This document shows positions 1 through 8,891 of a stretch of DNA of 64,000 nucleotides, one piece after another. Source of the stretch: a virus (Duplodnaviria; Caudoviricetes); the IMG/VR virus record IMGVR_UViG_3300037755_000886, positions 19,820-83,819 of that record; one strand, written 5' to 3'. The notes below the pieces were generated by a model. That model had not been told where the DNA came from and did no database searches. It was given only the letters and a program-made list of their open reading frames with translations. Each line of letters opens with the position of its first letter. Position 1 is the stretch's first letter. The position numbers and the translations under genes were made by a program.

Positions 1-507
1 GCTGACGACGTGCACGTCGTAGCCGAGGTCGGTCAGGGCTTGCCGCCACGCCGGCCACAGCACCCAGGACACGACGTCGATGACATTCTCGACGATCACC
101 GCCGTGTTGCGGTGGTACTCGACGTGGCGGATGACGTCCCACATCGTCGCCCGGGACCGCTCCGCGCCTGGGTCCGGGCCCTCGAACAGCGATGGGTTCT
201 GCCGCTTCCGCGACACGCCCTTGGCGCCCGAGTGATTGGTGCACTCGGCACCGGACATGAGGATGTCGGTCGTCGGGTAGCGCCGGGGGTCGACCTGGGA
301 GATGTCGGCGCAATCGACCCGGGCGTCCTGGTGGTTGCGGGCGTAGATGTCGCACGCCGACCGCCAATGGTTCGCCGCGGACACGAGCTCGATGCCGTTC
401 TCCTCGGCACCGATCGATGCCCCGCCGGCCCCACAGAACTGGTCGTGCCACGTGAGACCCGTGCGGCTCCGGCAGTACGACGGGAGCACCGAGGTGAGGG
501 CGCTCAC
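1..507 (-). CDS. C5 cytosine DNA methyltransferase, N-terminal part (runs off window edge)
   Basis: Manual translation from GTG 507 (GTGA overlap with upstream stop): motif I HDQFCGAGG, ANHW, DISQVDP, motif IV-like SGAECTNHS, motif VI VIVENV; open to position 1; absent from ORF track. Confidence 0.88.
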   Translation of the reverse strand, partial: MSALTSVLPSYCRSRTGLTWHDQFCGAGGASIGAEENGIELVSAANHWRSACDIYARNHQDARVDCADISQVDPRRYPTTDILMSGAECTNHSGAKGVSRKRQNPSLFEGPDPGAERSRATMWDVIRHVEYHRNTAVIVENVIDVVSWVLWPAWRQALTDLGYDVHVVS

Positions 508-2096
508 GCTGCGCTCCCGTCGACGTCCAGGTCGAACAGGGTGGGCATGGCGACGCGCCGCTCCTCGGCCTGCAGGTACTTGACGGAGTCAGCCCAGTAC
601 CCGGGGTTGAGCTCGACGCCTCTCCCCCGTCGTCCGAGGCGCAGGGCGCGCACGGGCACGGTCCCGAGCCCGGAGAACGGGTCGAAGACGAGCTCGCCGG
701 GGTTGCTGTAGCGCTCGATGAGCCGGTCGACGATGTCGAACTGCAACGGGCAGTTCTTCACCACGCAGCCCTCGGCGGTGTAGCTCTCGTCCTCGGCCAC
801 CCGCAGGTTCCACGTCTCGACCTCGCCGGCGGGCTCGACGCTGCGCACCTTCTTCCAGGCGCCATCGTCGAGGACGAACGGCTTCACCCGCTGGTTGGAT
901 CGGGGCATGTCGAAGCTGAGGATCCACTCCTGCCGGGTGTTGACCGTGCGGCCCTGGATCACGGTGGTGCCCGCCGGCCGGCCCACATGAAGGCTGGCGA
1001 CAGCGCCGTAGACCCGCTGGACGATGACGACCATTCCGAGGAGCAGCTCGCGGGAAACGCTGGTAGCCATCCACCGCATGCGCTCGGGAACGAGATGGCC
1101 GTCGCCGGAGAGGTAGCCGTCGAGCAGCGCCCGGGCCAGATCGGTCGGCAACGTGAAGGCCTCGGGCGGGAGGTGCTTGCCACCGGCGCCGTGGCCGCAA
1201 GCCTTGAACCGCCGGCGCAGCTCGCCGTTGGCGTCGCGCAGCGGCACCTGGTGGGCGGTGCCGGTGTGGCGCGGGTTGCCGGCGTGCTGGCCGAGCCGCT
1301 CCAGCAGGTGCTCGAGCTTGTCGTCCCCGCACGAGATGTGGGCGACGTTGCGCTTGTCGATGTGCCCGTCGGCCAGCCAGCGGCCGACGATCCACCAATA
1401 CGGGGCGTCCCCTTCGGCGTGATCGTCGACGGGTGGGAGCTTGAGGTTGAGGTAGCTGCCGAGGGTGTCCCCGGCCGGCACCCACCCCGGCGTGGCCGCC
1501 CGGGCGTCGCGACGGGCCGTCATGGCCCGGGGAGCCAGGCGAGTCCACAGCTTGTGGTCCGGAGTCAGGGTCAGCCCGGGGACGCCCTGGGCCTTCACCG
1601 TGACCACGGGGCGCACGCCGGTGTTCTGTACGGCGAGCACGGGCCGCCAGCGACCGAGGTGGGTCAGGACGTGCTCGCCGACGGCCACCTCCTGGATCGG
1701 CTTGTAGCCGGCCCGGGTGAGGACCTGGGAGCCGCGTGCGAGGCAGACGTGGGCCTCCAAGCCCCGCTTGGACTGCTCGGCATTCAGGCACGCCATCCGG
1801 TTGATGTCGTGCCAGACGTCGGGGTGCCACGATGCCGGCGCCAGGAGCATGAACGTGGACGGGAGCCGGCCCTTGCCGTCGAGGTTCTCGCCGATGCGGA
1901 CGTGGGCCTCGTAGTCGTAGACCTCGGAGAGGCTGGCGGCCTCGGCGGCCTTGTACAGCTGGCCGGGCGGGAGGGCGGCGAGCTCGTCGGGGGTGAGGTG
2001 CCGGTCGATGCTGGCGGCAGCGCCTTCAGTGCCGAAGATGGCGGAGTCGTCGAGGCCGCGGCCGATGACCTCGCGGGCGGTCGGTCGAGCGCTCAT
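504..2096 (-). CDS. N6/N4-type DNA methyltransferase C-terminal part interrupted by an intein
   Basis: Exteins join as EAHV|CPLQFDIVDRLIERYSNPGELVFDPFSGLGT (SAM-binding motif I); no xPPY-type motif IV in this ORF. Confidence 0.85.
   Translation of the reverse strand: MSARPTAREVIGRGLDDSAIFGTEGAAASIDRHLTPDELAALPPGQLYKAAEAASLSEVYDYEAHVRIGENLDGKGRLPSTFMLLAPASWHPDVWHDINRMACLNAEQSKRGLEAHVCLARGSQVLTRAGYKPIQEVAVGEHVLTHLGRWRPVLAVQNTGVRPVVTVKAQGVPGLTLTPDHKLWTRLAPRAMTARRDARAATPGWVPAGDTLGSYLNLKLPPVDDHAEGDAPYWWIVGRWLADGHIDKRNVAHISCGDDKLEHLLERLGQHAGNPRHTGTAHQVPLRDANGELRRRFKACGHGAGGKHLPPEAFTLPTDLARALLDGYLSGDGHLVPERMRWMATSVSRELLLGMVVIVQRVYGAVASLHVGRPAGTTVIQGRTVNTRQEWILSFDMPRSNQRVKPFVLDDGAWKKVRSVEPAGEVETWNLRVAEDESYTAEGCVVKNCPLQFDIVDRLIERYSNPGELVFDPFSGLGTVPVRALRLGRRGRGVELNPGYWADSVKYLQAEERRVAMPTLFDLDVDGSAA
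753..1745 (-). mobile_element. Intein with LAGLIDADG homing endonuclease (331 aa)
   Basis: Block A CLARGSQV, block B TPDH, LAGLIDADG-like WIVGRWLADGH and ALLDGYLSGDGH, block F WNLRVAEDESY, block G VVKN followed by Cys+1. Confidence 0.92.
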
Positions 2097-2302
2097 GTCC
2101 CCTCGCCTTCGGGCGGGAGCGGTTCGCCCCAGTCGCCGTCACCGGGAGGTTGTGGCGCCCGGCCGGGCCGCGGCGCAGTGGGTTCGTCGGAGACGATCAG
2201 GGCGCAGATGCCCACGAACACCGCCACCGCGGCGCAGATGACGAAGACCACTATGGCGGCCGTGAAGATGATCTCGCTCAGGTCACCGACGAGGAGGCTC
2301 AC
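2093..2302 (-). CDS. Small membrane protein
   Basis: Hydrophobic stretch IIFTAAIVVFVICAAVAVFVGICALIV; 4-nt overlaps with neighbours. Confidence 0.6.
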   Translation of the reverse strand: MSLLVGDLSEIIFTAAIVVFVICAAVAVFVGICALIVSDEPTAPRPGRAPQPPGDGDWGEPLPPEGEGT

Positions 2303-2441
2303 GTCCCCCTCCGCTCGTCGTCGGCCCGGACAATCCCGGGCGTCCAGTCCGAGGCAGGGCCGGGGTAGGCGGCGGGCTGCGGCGTGTTGGCCTGCGGGTG
2401 CCGGCGGGCCTCAGCCAGCTGGCGGCGCACCTCCATGCGGG

Positions 2442-2672
2442 TCATGACGCCTCTCCGTCGAGCGTGGCGGTCAGGTTCTGGAGGTTCTCGAACCGCAGGT
2501 CCTCGCAGACCTTGGTGAGCCGCTCGTGTTCGGCCCTGAGCTGAGCGAGCGATCGGCGGGCGAGGTCGAGGTTGGCCACCAGGTCGAACACCTCCTGCTC
2601 GTAGGCAATGCGGGCGCGGACGCGGGAGGCCAGGTAGTGGGGGAAGGAGGCGAGGCGGCGGAGGGGGTTCAT
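2442..2672 (-). CDS. Hypothetical coiled-coil protein (76 aa)
   Basis: ATG overlaps RuvC stop (ATGA); MNPLRRLASF...DGEAS. Confidence 0.55.
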   Translation of the reverse strand: MNPLRRLASFPHYLASRVRARIAYEQEVFDLVANLDLARRSLAQLRAEHERLTKVCEDLRFENLQNLTATLDGEAS

Positions 2673-3250
2673 GCGGCACCCCGGAGGGCGGGCATGACGA
2701 GCTTGGCGAGCGGCGCCCGGTGCGCGGCCGGCATCTTCACGAGCGGGTGGCCGAGGAGGTCGAGGCCGATGGCGCGCAGCACGAAGGCGTCCGCCTCGTT
2801 GTCGTCCCGGATGTCGACGTCGAACCGCTTGATCAGTTCGTGGCCGATGTCGGTCTTGCTCGCGTTGCCCTTGCCGGCGGCGTAGGACTTGAGGCTGCCG
2901 GGCGGGACGAACAGGGCCGGTGTGCCCCACTCGTAGATGGCGGTGCGCACGACGCCGTGCACCATTCCGAGGTCGACGCCGCCGAACCGAACGTTCTTGG
3001 GGAGGTCCTCGATGACGAGCAGATCGGCACCGCGGAAGGTCTTGATGGTCCGGCGGATGTGGGTGAGGCGCTCGCCGTAGGTCTGGCTGGCCAACGTGGT
3101 GATGCGCGACGTGGTGCCGTCGGGGTGGGCGACGCCCGTCTTCTCCAGCGCCAGGTCGAGGCCGGCGACGACGGGCAGGCGCGTGACGTCCGTGGCCACC
3201 GTGTCCGGCAACTCGGTGACCACGGGCGCGGTCTCGGTGAAGAGGCTCAC
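2669..3250 (-). CDS. RuvC-like Holliday junction resolvase
   Basis: AGLDLALEKTG, VIED, LKSYAAGKGNASK, DDNEADA acidic catalytic motifs. Confidence 0.85.
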   Translation of the reverse strand: MSLFTETAPVVTELPDTVATDVTRLPVVAGLDLALEKTGVAHPDGTTSRITTLASQTYGERLTHIRRTIKTFRGADLLVIEDLPKNVRFGGVDLGMVHGVVRTAIYEWGTPALFVPPGSLKSYAAGKGNASKTDIGHELIKRFDVDIRDDNEADAFVLRAIGLDLLGHPLVKMPAAHRAPLAKLVMPALRGAA

Positions 3251-4101
3251 GGCGCCGTTGGGGCGGGTGCGGGCCCGTGCAGGAAGCGGACAGCCTGCAT
3301 CTCCTTGGCGCCCTTGACCGTCTTGACGATGTCGGCGAAGGCGTCCCGCTCGATGGCCTCGGGCCGGTCGAGGAGGTAGCCGATCTGCAGGTCGCCACCA
3401 CGGGGCGGCTTGAACCGCAGGCGGGCCTTCACCTCGTAGGGCTCGGTGCCAAGGAACGGGGCGACCCCGAGCGTGAACTCGTTGGGGATCGACAGGGCGC
3501 CGGTCTTGCCGGCAGTCGCCTGCACGTCCTCCTCGTAGACGAACTGCGTCTCACCGTTGGCCAGGCGATGCCCGGCCTTACATTTGACGCCGACGTTGAC
3601 CTGCAGGGACTGCGCGATCTCCAACATCTCGGCGCCGGACGGGTCGACGATCTCGCGGAGGCCGTCCTCGATACGTTCGGCGAACCGCTGCTGTGCACCA
3701 AGGCCTTGGCCTTTCACCCAGGCGGTCCACTCTTCGGTGCGGGTGAGCTTGAGGCTGGCCCGGTAGTCACGCCAGCCGGGCTGGTCGGGCTGGTCGTCGT
3801 TGAGGACGGCAACGAGCGCGCAGGTGGAGGCGTCGGCGTAGACGACCACGTCGGCCAGGCTGTTGCTCTCGGCGCTGGCGCGGTGGACGATGGCCTCAAT
3901 GAACGACTCGGCGTCATGCACGTCGACGGTCCCGGCGGACCGGCGGGGGGCGTCGGTCGGGTAGGTGTCGTGCAGCTTCCAGATCTCGCCCTCGCGCTGG
4001 CGGACGAGGATCCGCTTGTTCTCGAGGTCGATGGTGTCGGCGAGGGTGTGCGTCTCGGCGTAGTCGAGCGCGGCGGCGATGTCGGTGGGGTTCTCGGGCA
4101 T
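3247..4101 (-). CDS. DUF2303 (YfdQ-like) phage protein
   Basis: Size and motifs (AVLNDD..PGWRDYRA, QxxFAERIED, F.LGVAPF.G..Y.VKARLR) recalled for DUF2303; paired with small upstream gene. Confidence 0.75.
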   Translation of the reverse strand: MPENPTDIAAALDYAETHTLADTIDLENKRILVRQREGEIWKLHDTYPTDAPRRSAGTVDVHDAESFIEAIVHRASAESNSLADVVVYADASTCALVAVLNDDQPDQPGWRDYRASLKLTRTEEWTAWVKGQGLGAQQRFAERIEDGLREIVDPSGAEMLEIAQSLQVNVGVKCKAGHRLANGETQFVYEEDVQATAGKTGALSIPNEFTLGVAPFLGTEPYEVKARLRFKPPRGGDLQIGYLLDRPEAIERDAFADIVKTVKGAKEMQAVRFLHGPAPAPTAP

Positions 4102-4104
4102 GGG

Positions 4105-4464
4105 TCAGTCCTCGGTGTTGGGGAGGCGGGGTTCGCCGACGCGCTTGAGCGGCAGGCGCTTGTGGTACGGGTCGTCGCGCTCCATCGACCCGCGCTCGCC
4201 GACGAAGAAGATCGACTTCTCGGGGTCGGGCTGTGGGGCCTTGGCCTCGACGAGGCAGGAGGTCTCGACGGTGCGGCCACCGCTGCCGGCGGGCTCCACG
4301 GTGACCTTGAGGGTCACGGTGCCCTTCTTGCCGTGGGCGGCGACGGCCTGCACCAGGTCGGCCAGGGCGAGGGTCATCTCGTCGTCGACGGCACCCTGGG
4401 CGTGATCCGTCACCCACTCCGAGAACGGTCGGAGGGGCTCGGCGATGGGTGAGGTGTCGGTCAT
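4105..4464 (-). CDS. YfdP-like partner of DUF2303 protein
   Basis: L.DLVQAVAAHGKKGTVTLKVTV...SIFFVGERGSMERDDP; conserved position upstream of DUF2303. Confidence 0.65.
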   Translation of the reverse strand: MTDTSPIAEPLRPFSEWVTDHAQGAVDDEMTLALADLVQAVAAHGKKGTVTLKVTVEPAGSGGRTVETSCLVEAKAPQPDPEKSIFFVGERGSMERDDPYHKRLPLKRVGEPRLPNTED

Positions 4465-5024
4465 CAGCCGAGGGCCTTCACGAGTACGGAGCCGAGCTGC
4501 TCCGTGGCCACCACCTGGATCTTGGCCTTGACCGTCTCGCGGGCCTTGGCCATGACGTCGGCCAGGTCACCCTTGACGGCCTTCTCGATCTCTTCCTCCA
4601 GCATCCGCCGGAAGGGCGAGAGCTGGTCGCGGCGGGAACCAGTGGTGGGACGGGCCTCGTTGAGCCAGGCGGCCACGTCCTTGAGGATCACCTCTCGTAG
4701 GGTTGTCGGCTCGCCTCGGGCCTCGCCCCACTGGTTGGTGGGCTGGACGGCGCCGGCCAGGGCCTCAGCCACGAGCTTGTCCAGCTCGCCGCGGATGGAC
4801 GCCTTCATCTCGGCCGTCACCTGGTCGCGCAGGGAGCGGTAGGCGGCCTGGTCAGCCTGCGCCACGAGGAGGTGGGCGGCGCGCTCGACCACAAGGTCGA
4901 CCAGGCGCACGGGCCCGTTGCGGTCGGCACCCACCACGAGCTGGGCCGGGGTCAGAGTGAAGGTGATGCCGTCGGCAGCGACGTCGGGCGGCTCGGGTTC
5001 ATCGGTGGGGTCATAGTCGGTCAT
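4464..5024 (-). CDS. Hypothetical protein
   Basis: Coupled ORF in early operon, high-GC codon pattern. Confidence 0.6.
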   Translation of the reverse strand: MTDYDPTDEPEPPDVAADGITFTLTPAQLVVGADRNGPVRLVDLVVERAAHLLVAQADQAAYRSLRDQVTAEMKASIRGELDKLVAEALAGAVQPTNQWGEARGEPTTLREVILKDVAAWLNEARPTTGSRRDQLSPFRRMLEEEIEKAVKGDLADVMAKARETVKAKIQVVATEQLGSVLVKALG

Positions 5025-5272
5025 GGGGCTGCTTCTCCGAGGCGGTGTGTGTCGATCGGGGCTGTGATGTCGAGGGCGCCCTGCAGGTCTGCGATGACAC
5101 CGAGGACGCCGGCCGGTCCGAGTTCGACGCCAGCGTCGAGGGCGTTGGCGACCAGATGCAGGACCGGGATGGCGTGACGGATGGCGTGGATGAGGGTCTG
5201 GTTGTGGGCCCGGAGGACCTCCACCGACGCTTGGTCGGTGGAGGCATCCGGGGCGGCGATGGCCAGGGACAT
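5021..5272 (-). CDS. Hypothetical protein
   Basis: Coupled ORF (ATGA overlap). Confidence 0.5.
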   Translation of the reverse strand: MSLAIAAPDASTDQASVEVLRAHNQTLIHAIRHAIPVLHLVANALDAGVELGPAGVLGVIADLQGALDITAPIDTHRLGEAAP

Positions 5273-5282
5273 GACTGGCAGG

Positions 5283-5855
5283 TCAGATGTCGTTGGGGTT
5301 GACGGGGGACTGGTAGGTGGCGGCCGGTGCCTGGTAGGCGGGTTGGGCGGGCTGGGCTGCCACCGGCGGCGCCTGCTGGTAGGCGGTAGCCGGGGCTACG
5401 GGAGCGGCAACGGGCGCTGCGACGGGGGGAGGCTGATAGGCGGGAACGGGGGCAGCTGCGGTCGGCTGGTTGAACGTGGGACGGGCCGGATCAAATGTCG
5501 GGTTCTGGGCAAGCCACGCCTGTGCGGTCAGGACCGCGTTCGGGTCCTCCGCACAGTCAGCCAAGACCCATGGCGGGTCCTGGCCGGGCTTGGCCTGACC
5601 CTGGGTCATGGCCGCGAGGACCATCTGGCCGATGCGGGACTGAAGGGCAGAGACGAGGCCTTTCGGGAACCACAGGACGCCCTCGTGGAGCAGGCCGGTG
5701 GTGAGGTCGGCGACATCGCAGCGGATGGCGTCGGACGGCCCGTAGGTGGTGACGATGTCGTGCTCGACGGAGTGGGGCTTGATGATGAGCAGGTGGTTGA
5801 GGACTTCCGCAGCGGGCAGTTGGGCGTTGGAGACGGGACTGGCGAATTGGGACAT
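5283..5855 (-). CDS. Putative phage ssDNA-binding/recombination protein
   Basis: LLIIKP...DAIRCDV...GQMVL...GQAKPGQDPPWVL core plus P/A/Q-rich tail; follows exonuclease. Confidence 0.5.
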   Translation of the reverse strand: MSQFASPVSNAQLPAAEVLNHLLIIKPHSVEHDIVTTYGPSDAIRCDVADLTTGLLHEGVLWFPKGLVSALQSRIGQMVLAAMTQGQAKPGQDPPWVLADCAEDPNAVLTAQAWLAQNPTFDPARPTFNQPTAAAPVPAYQPPPVAAPVAAPVAPATAYQQAPPVAAQPAQPAYQAPAATYQSPVNPNDI

Positions 5856-5863
5856 GACGTTCC

Positions 5864-5897
5864 TTGGTTTGTCTGGTTGGTTTGTCTGGTTGGTTTG
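5864..5897. repeat. 13-bp tandem repeat TTGGTTTGTCTGG x2.6
   Basis: Units at 5864-5876 and 5877-5889, partial 5890-5897. Confidence 0.9.
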
Positions 5898-5903
5898 CTG
5901 ATG

Positions 5904-7874
5904 TCACACCACGGCCAGGGCCGCGGCGAGAAGGGGGTGATTGAGCACGGCGTCCGAGTCCTTCGGTGATTCGATGCCCAGCCGCTTGGCCGCCTCACGG
6001 CCAGCTGCCCAGACCCGCCGGCGGTCATCGCCATAGGCCGCGAGCACGGCTGCTGGCTGGTCAACGACAAGGACGCCGTCACGGTCAACGAGAATCCGAT
6101 CGGGAAGACAGATGGTGTCGGCGACCATGTCCAGTAGACCGAGCAGGTCACCGTGCAGGTTGAGCGGGGAGGGGACGCCGAGCGCCTTGCAGAGGGCCTG
6201 CTCGCTGATGTCGTACGAGGCGGCCAGACCGAACGCGTTGGTGATGCGCTCCTGCCGGGGTGCCCATTCAGCCTCAGCGGCAGAGACCAGGCCCTCAATG
6301 ATCGCGATGTGAGCCTCGGTGATACGCCCGATCGACAGGCGTGGCACCTTCTCGTGGCGGGCGGCGGCGAACACCGACTGCTCAAGATCTGGCGGCAACG
6401 CTCGACCTCGTGCCACGAGAGCTAACACCCGAGGGTCATCGTTAGGTACAACGATGTTCGCGGGGTCAGTCGGATCGTCACGCTCAGGCCAGGGGGCGCG
6501 CACGGCGTTCTCGGCGTCGGTGATGGCCCGCTGGATGAGCTTGAGTTGGGTGAGCGTCTGCTCGGAGGACTGAGTGAACGTGGGCACGGGAGCCCCATCG
6601 ATCACCGGCCAACGGGCCGCTAGCTGATCCCTGCCACCGGCGATGGTGACCAGGGCGTCGCGCCGTTCCACCAACCATGCCCGCTTGGCGGCCCGGTCTG
6701 GTTGCGGCCTGCCGTTAGTGTCCGGGAGGCCTGCGAAGGGGTCTGCTGGTTGTAGGGCTGCGATGACCTTGGCGAGCGGCTGAAAGATGGGTGCGGGGGC
6801 GGTGTTCTCGCCAGCGACCTCGATGCGGGCGTCGTCCGGGTCGAAAGGATGGGGTTCGGTGGGAGGTGAGCCAGGCCCCTTACTGTCCGGTCCGTGGGGT
6901 TGCACCGGTGTATGTGCCGGCACGGCCATGTCCTCCGGGCTGCGCTTGACCGACTCCACGGGGGCCCCTCCCCCATCGCCGGTCAGCGGCACTGGGTCAT
7001 CACCCCCCACCGAGAACTTGCCGAGAGCGGGACGCAACGGCTTGGTGTTGCCATAATGCTTGAGGGTCACAAGCGCAAGGAACGCGTCGGCTGCACCAGT
7101 CAAGTCGACGGGGGTCAATCCCTTGTCCGGGTTGAAGACAAACCCAATGTCGGTGCGCAGATCAGCAGGTAGCGGGGTGTGCGTGTTCGCTTGCGCGTCG
7201 TAGATCGTTTCGGCGATCGTGACCGCGGCAAGTTGCATGGCAACTGTGTTGTGAACGGTGCCGAACTTGTTATCGAAAGCGAAGCAGCCACGCCCCAGGT
7301 CGTACTGGTCGAACGCTGCCCGCCAAGCGTCAAGAGGCTGAAATCGGATGATGCGATCTGACGTGCCCGCAAACCCGTGGGCGAACGAGCAAACAGTGAA
7401 CTCGGAGCGGACGATCGTGACATTGGCCATGCTCACCACATACTTGGTGGCGATGTCCCGCATCGGCTTGGGGAGATCCAGCCCGTTGACTTTCGACACC
7501 TGACCAGCCGGTACAAGCTCGTCGAGGCGTTCCGTGAGCGCGTGATACGCACTCCCCCGGTCGTTGGTCAGGTGTCCCTTCTCGATGATCTGCCCGGCAG
7601 TGGTGGCCAACTCGGCGACCCGGCGCAGCTCACCGTTGCGTGGCGGCCCGGTCGGGAGCAGATTGCCAGCAGCGACCTGCACGGCGATGTCCTCGCGCAA
7701 AGCGGCGCCGAGCATCGCCATCTTGAGCTTCCAGTCACAGATGTGCTTCGGGTCGAGCAACCCGATGATCCCCGTGATGTTCGGCAACTCGATGACCTCG
7801 CCGGTGTCTCGGTGAGGGATCGGGTAAACCCGGGTGCCGTCGGGCCGATCGAGAGCAGCGAAGGGCGTGGTCAT
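5904..7874 (-). CDS. PD-(D/E)xK / Cas4-like exonuclease with long C-terminal extension
   Basis: RSEFTV...GFAGTSDRI...FDNKFG...AMQLAA nuclease signature in N-terminal third. Confidence 0.7.
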   Translation of the reverse strand: MTTPFAALDRPDGTRVYPIPHRDTGEVIELPNITGIIGLLDPKHICDWKLKMAMLGAALREDIAVQVAAGNLLPTGPPRNGELRRVAELATTAGQIIEKGHLTNDRGSAYHALTERLDELVPAGQVSKVNGLDLPKPMRDIATKYVVSMANVTIVRSEFTVCSFAHGFAGTSDRIIRFQPLDAWRAAFDQYDLGRGCFAFDNKFGTVHNTVAMQLAAVTIAETIYDAQANTHTPLPADLRTDIGFVFNPDKGLTPVDLTGAADAFLALVTLKHYGNTKPLRPALGKFSVGGDDPVPLTGDGGGAPVESVKRSPEDMAVPAHTPVQPHGPDSKGPGSPPTEPHPFDPDDARIEVAGENTAPAPIFQPLAKVIAALQPADPFAGLPDTNGRPQPDRAAKRAWLVERRDALVTIAGGRDQLAARWPVIDGAPVPTFTQSSEQTLTQLKLIQRAITDAENAVRAPWPERDDPTDPANIVVPNDDPRVLALVARGRALPPDLEQSVFAAARHEKVPRLSIGRITEAHIAIIEGLVSAAEAEWAPRQERITNAFGLAASYDISEQALCKALGVPSPLNLHGDLLGLLDMVADTICLPDRILVDRDGVLVVDQPAAVLAAYGDDRRRVWAAGREAAKRLGIESPKDSDAVLNHPLLAAALAVV

Positions 7875-8251
7875 GTGACACCACCACCGGCGGGACGTTC
7901 AAGCGCGGCCAGTGCGGCAAGGCGAGCGTCCTCGGCTACCTGACCGGGCCAGTGCCCAGGTGTGACCGGGATGGGCTCTAGCCAGTGGTTGCAGTCGCAG
8001 GCGTTGGGATGCGAGATGTAGTGGCTGCCCGACTCGTACGCTCCACGGCCAGGGCAGTCGGTGGCTGTACGCAGCTTCACGACACCGAGGTCGATGTCGC
8101 CCAGGTGCTCGGCGTCCCACCACTGGCACGAGCCCGTGCAGTTCTCGACGGGAGTTAGTGCGACGGTGCTCTCGAGGATCTCGAATCGCCACGTGTGGTT
8201 GGCGAAACCGACCGGACATTCTTCGATGTCGGCGTCGGGGATGCGGCTCAT
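7871..8251 (-). CDS. Cys-rich hypothetical protein
   Basis: Coupled ORF, several CxxC/CxC pairs. Confidence 0.55.
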   Translation of the reverse strand: MSRIPDADIEECPVGFANHTWRFEILESTVALTPVENCTGSCQWWDAEHLGDIDLGVVKLRTATDCPGRGAYESGSHYISHPNACDCNHWLEPIPVTPGHWPGQVAEDARLAALAALERPAGGGVT

Positions 8252-8393
8252 GCGGCACCGCCAAAGTCGTCGGGGGCATCGTCATGCCAACGGTCGTCGT
8301 CAACCTCGACGGGCTCGTCGTCCCACGGATCGCTGTCGACTGGTGGCGGCAGGACGCGCAGGTGCCGGCGACGGTGGACGAGTGGCGGGGTGC

Positions 8394-8891
8394 TCACGCG
8401 ACTCCCCTCTCGTCAGCGTCGCCGTCGACGAACTCGACGGCGTGCGGGGTCAGCGGCACGAGTGGACTGACCCACGGCCCGACGGCCTCAGCGGGGCGTG
8501 CCCGGTTCCACTCTTCGGCGGCGGACACGGAGTCGGCGACGAGGATGGTGCGGACCTCGTCGAGGTCGAACGGCATGACCAGGTCGCCCTGGCAGAACAG
8601 GTGGAGTCGGCGCCCGGTCTGTTGGGTGGCGTCGACGCGATGAAACCAACGGTCCTCGTCGCTCCACACGAGGTCGCCGTTCTCGATGGCCGTGAGGGCT
8701 TTCTCGTGGCAGAGCGGCCGGTCGGCGCCCGACTCGCGTTCGACGCAGGCGGTCTCGCGCTCGTAGACGTAGGTGTCGGAGGCGTCGAGCACGGCACGCA
8801 CAACCGACAGCAGCAGCGAGGGCTGGACCACGGGGGCCGCCTGGTTCGCGGCGGCGAGGGCGCGGGCGAGACGAATATCGTTGGCCATCAC
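8394..8891 (-). CDS. Hypothetical protein
   Basis: Coupled ORF with 4-nt overlaps. Confidence 0.55.
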   Translation of the reverse strand: MMANDIRLARALAAANQAAPVVQPSLLLSVVRAVLDASDTYVYERETACVERESGADRPLCHEKALTAIENGDLVWSDEDRWFHRVDATQQTGRRLHLFCQGDLVMPFDLDEVRTILVADSVSAAEEWNRARPAEAVGPWVSPLVPLTPHAVEFVDGDADERGVA

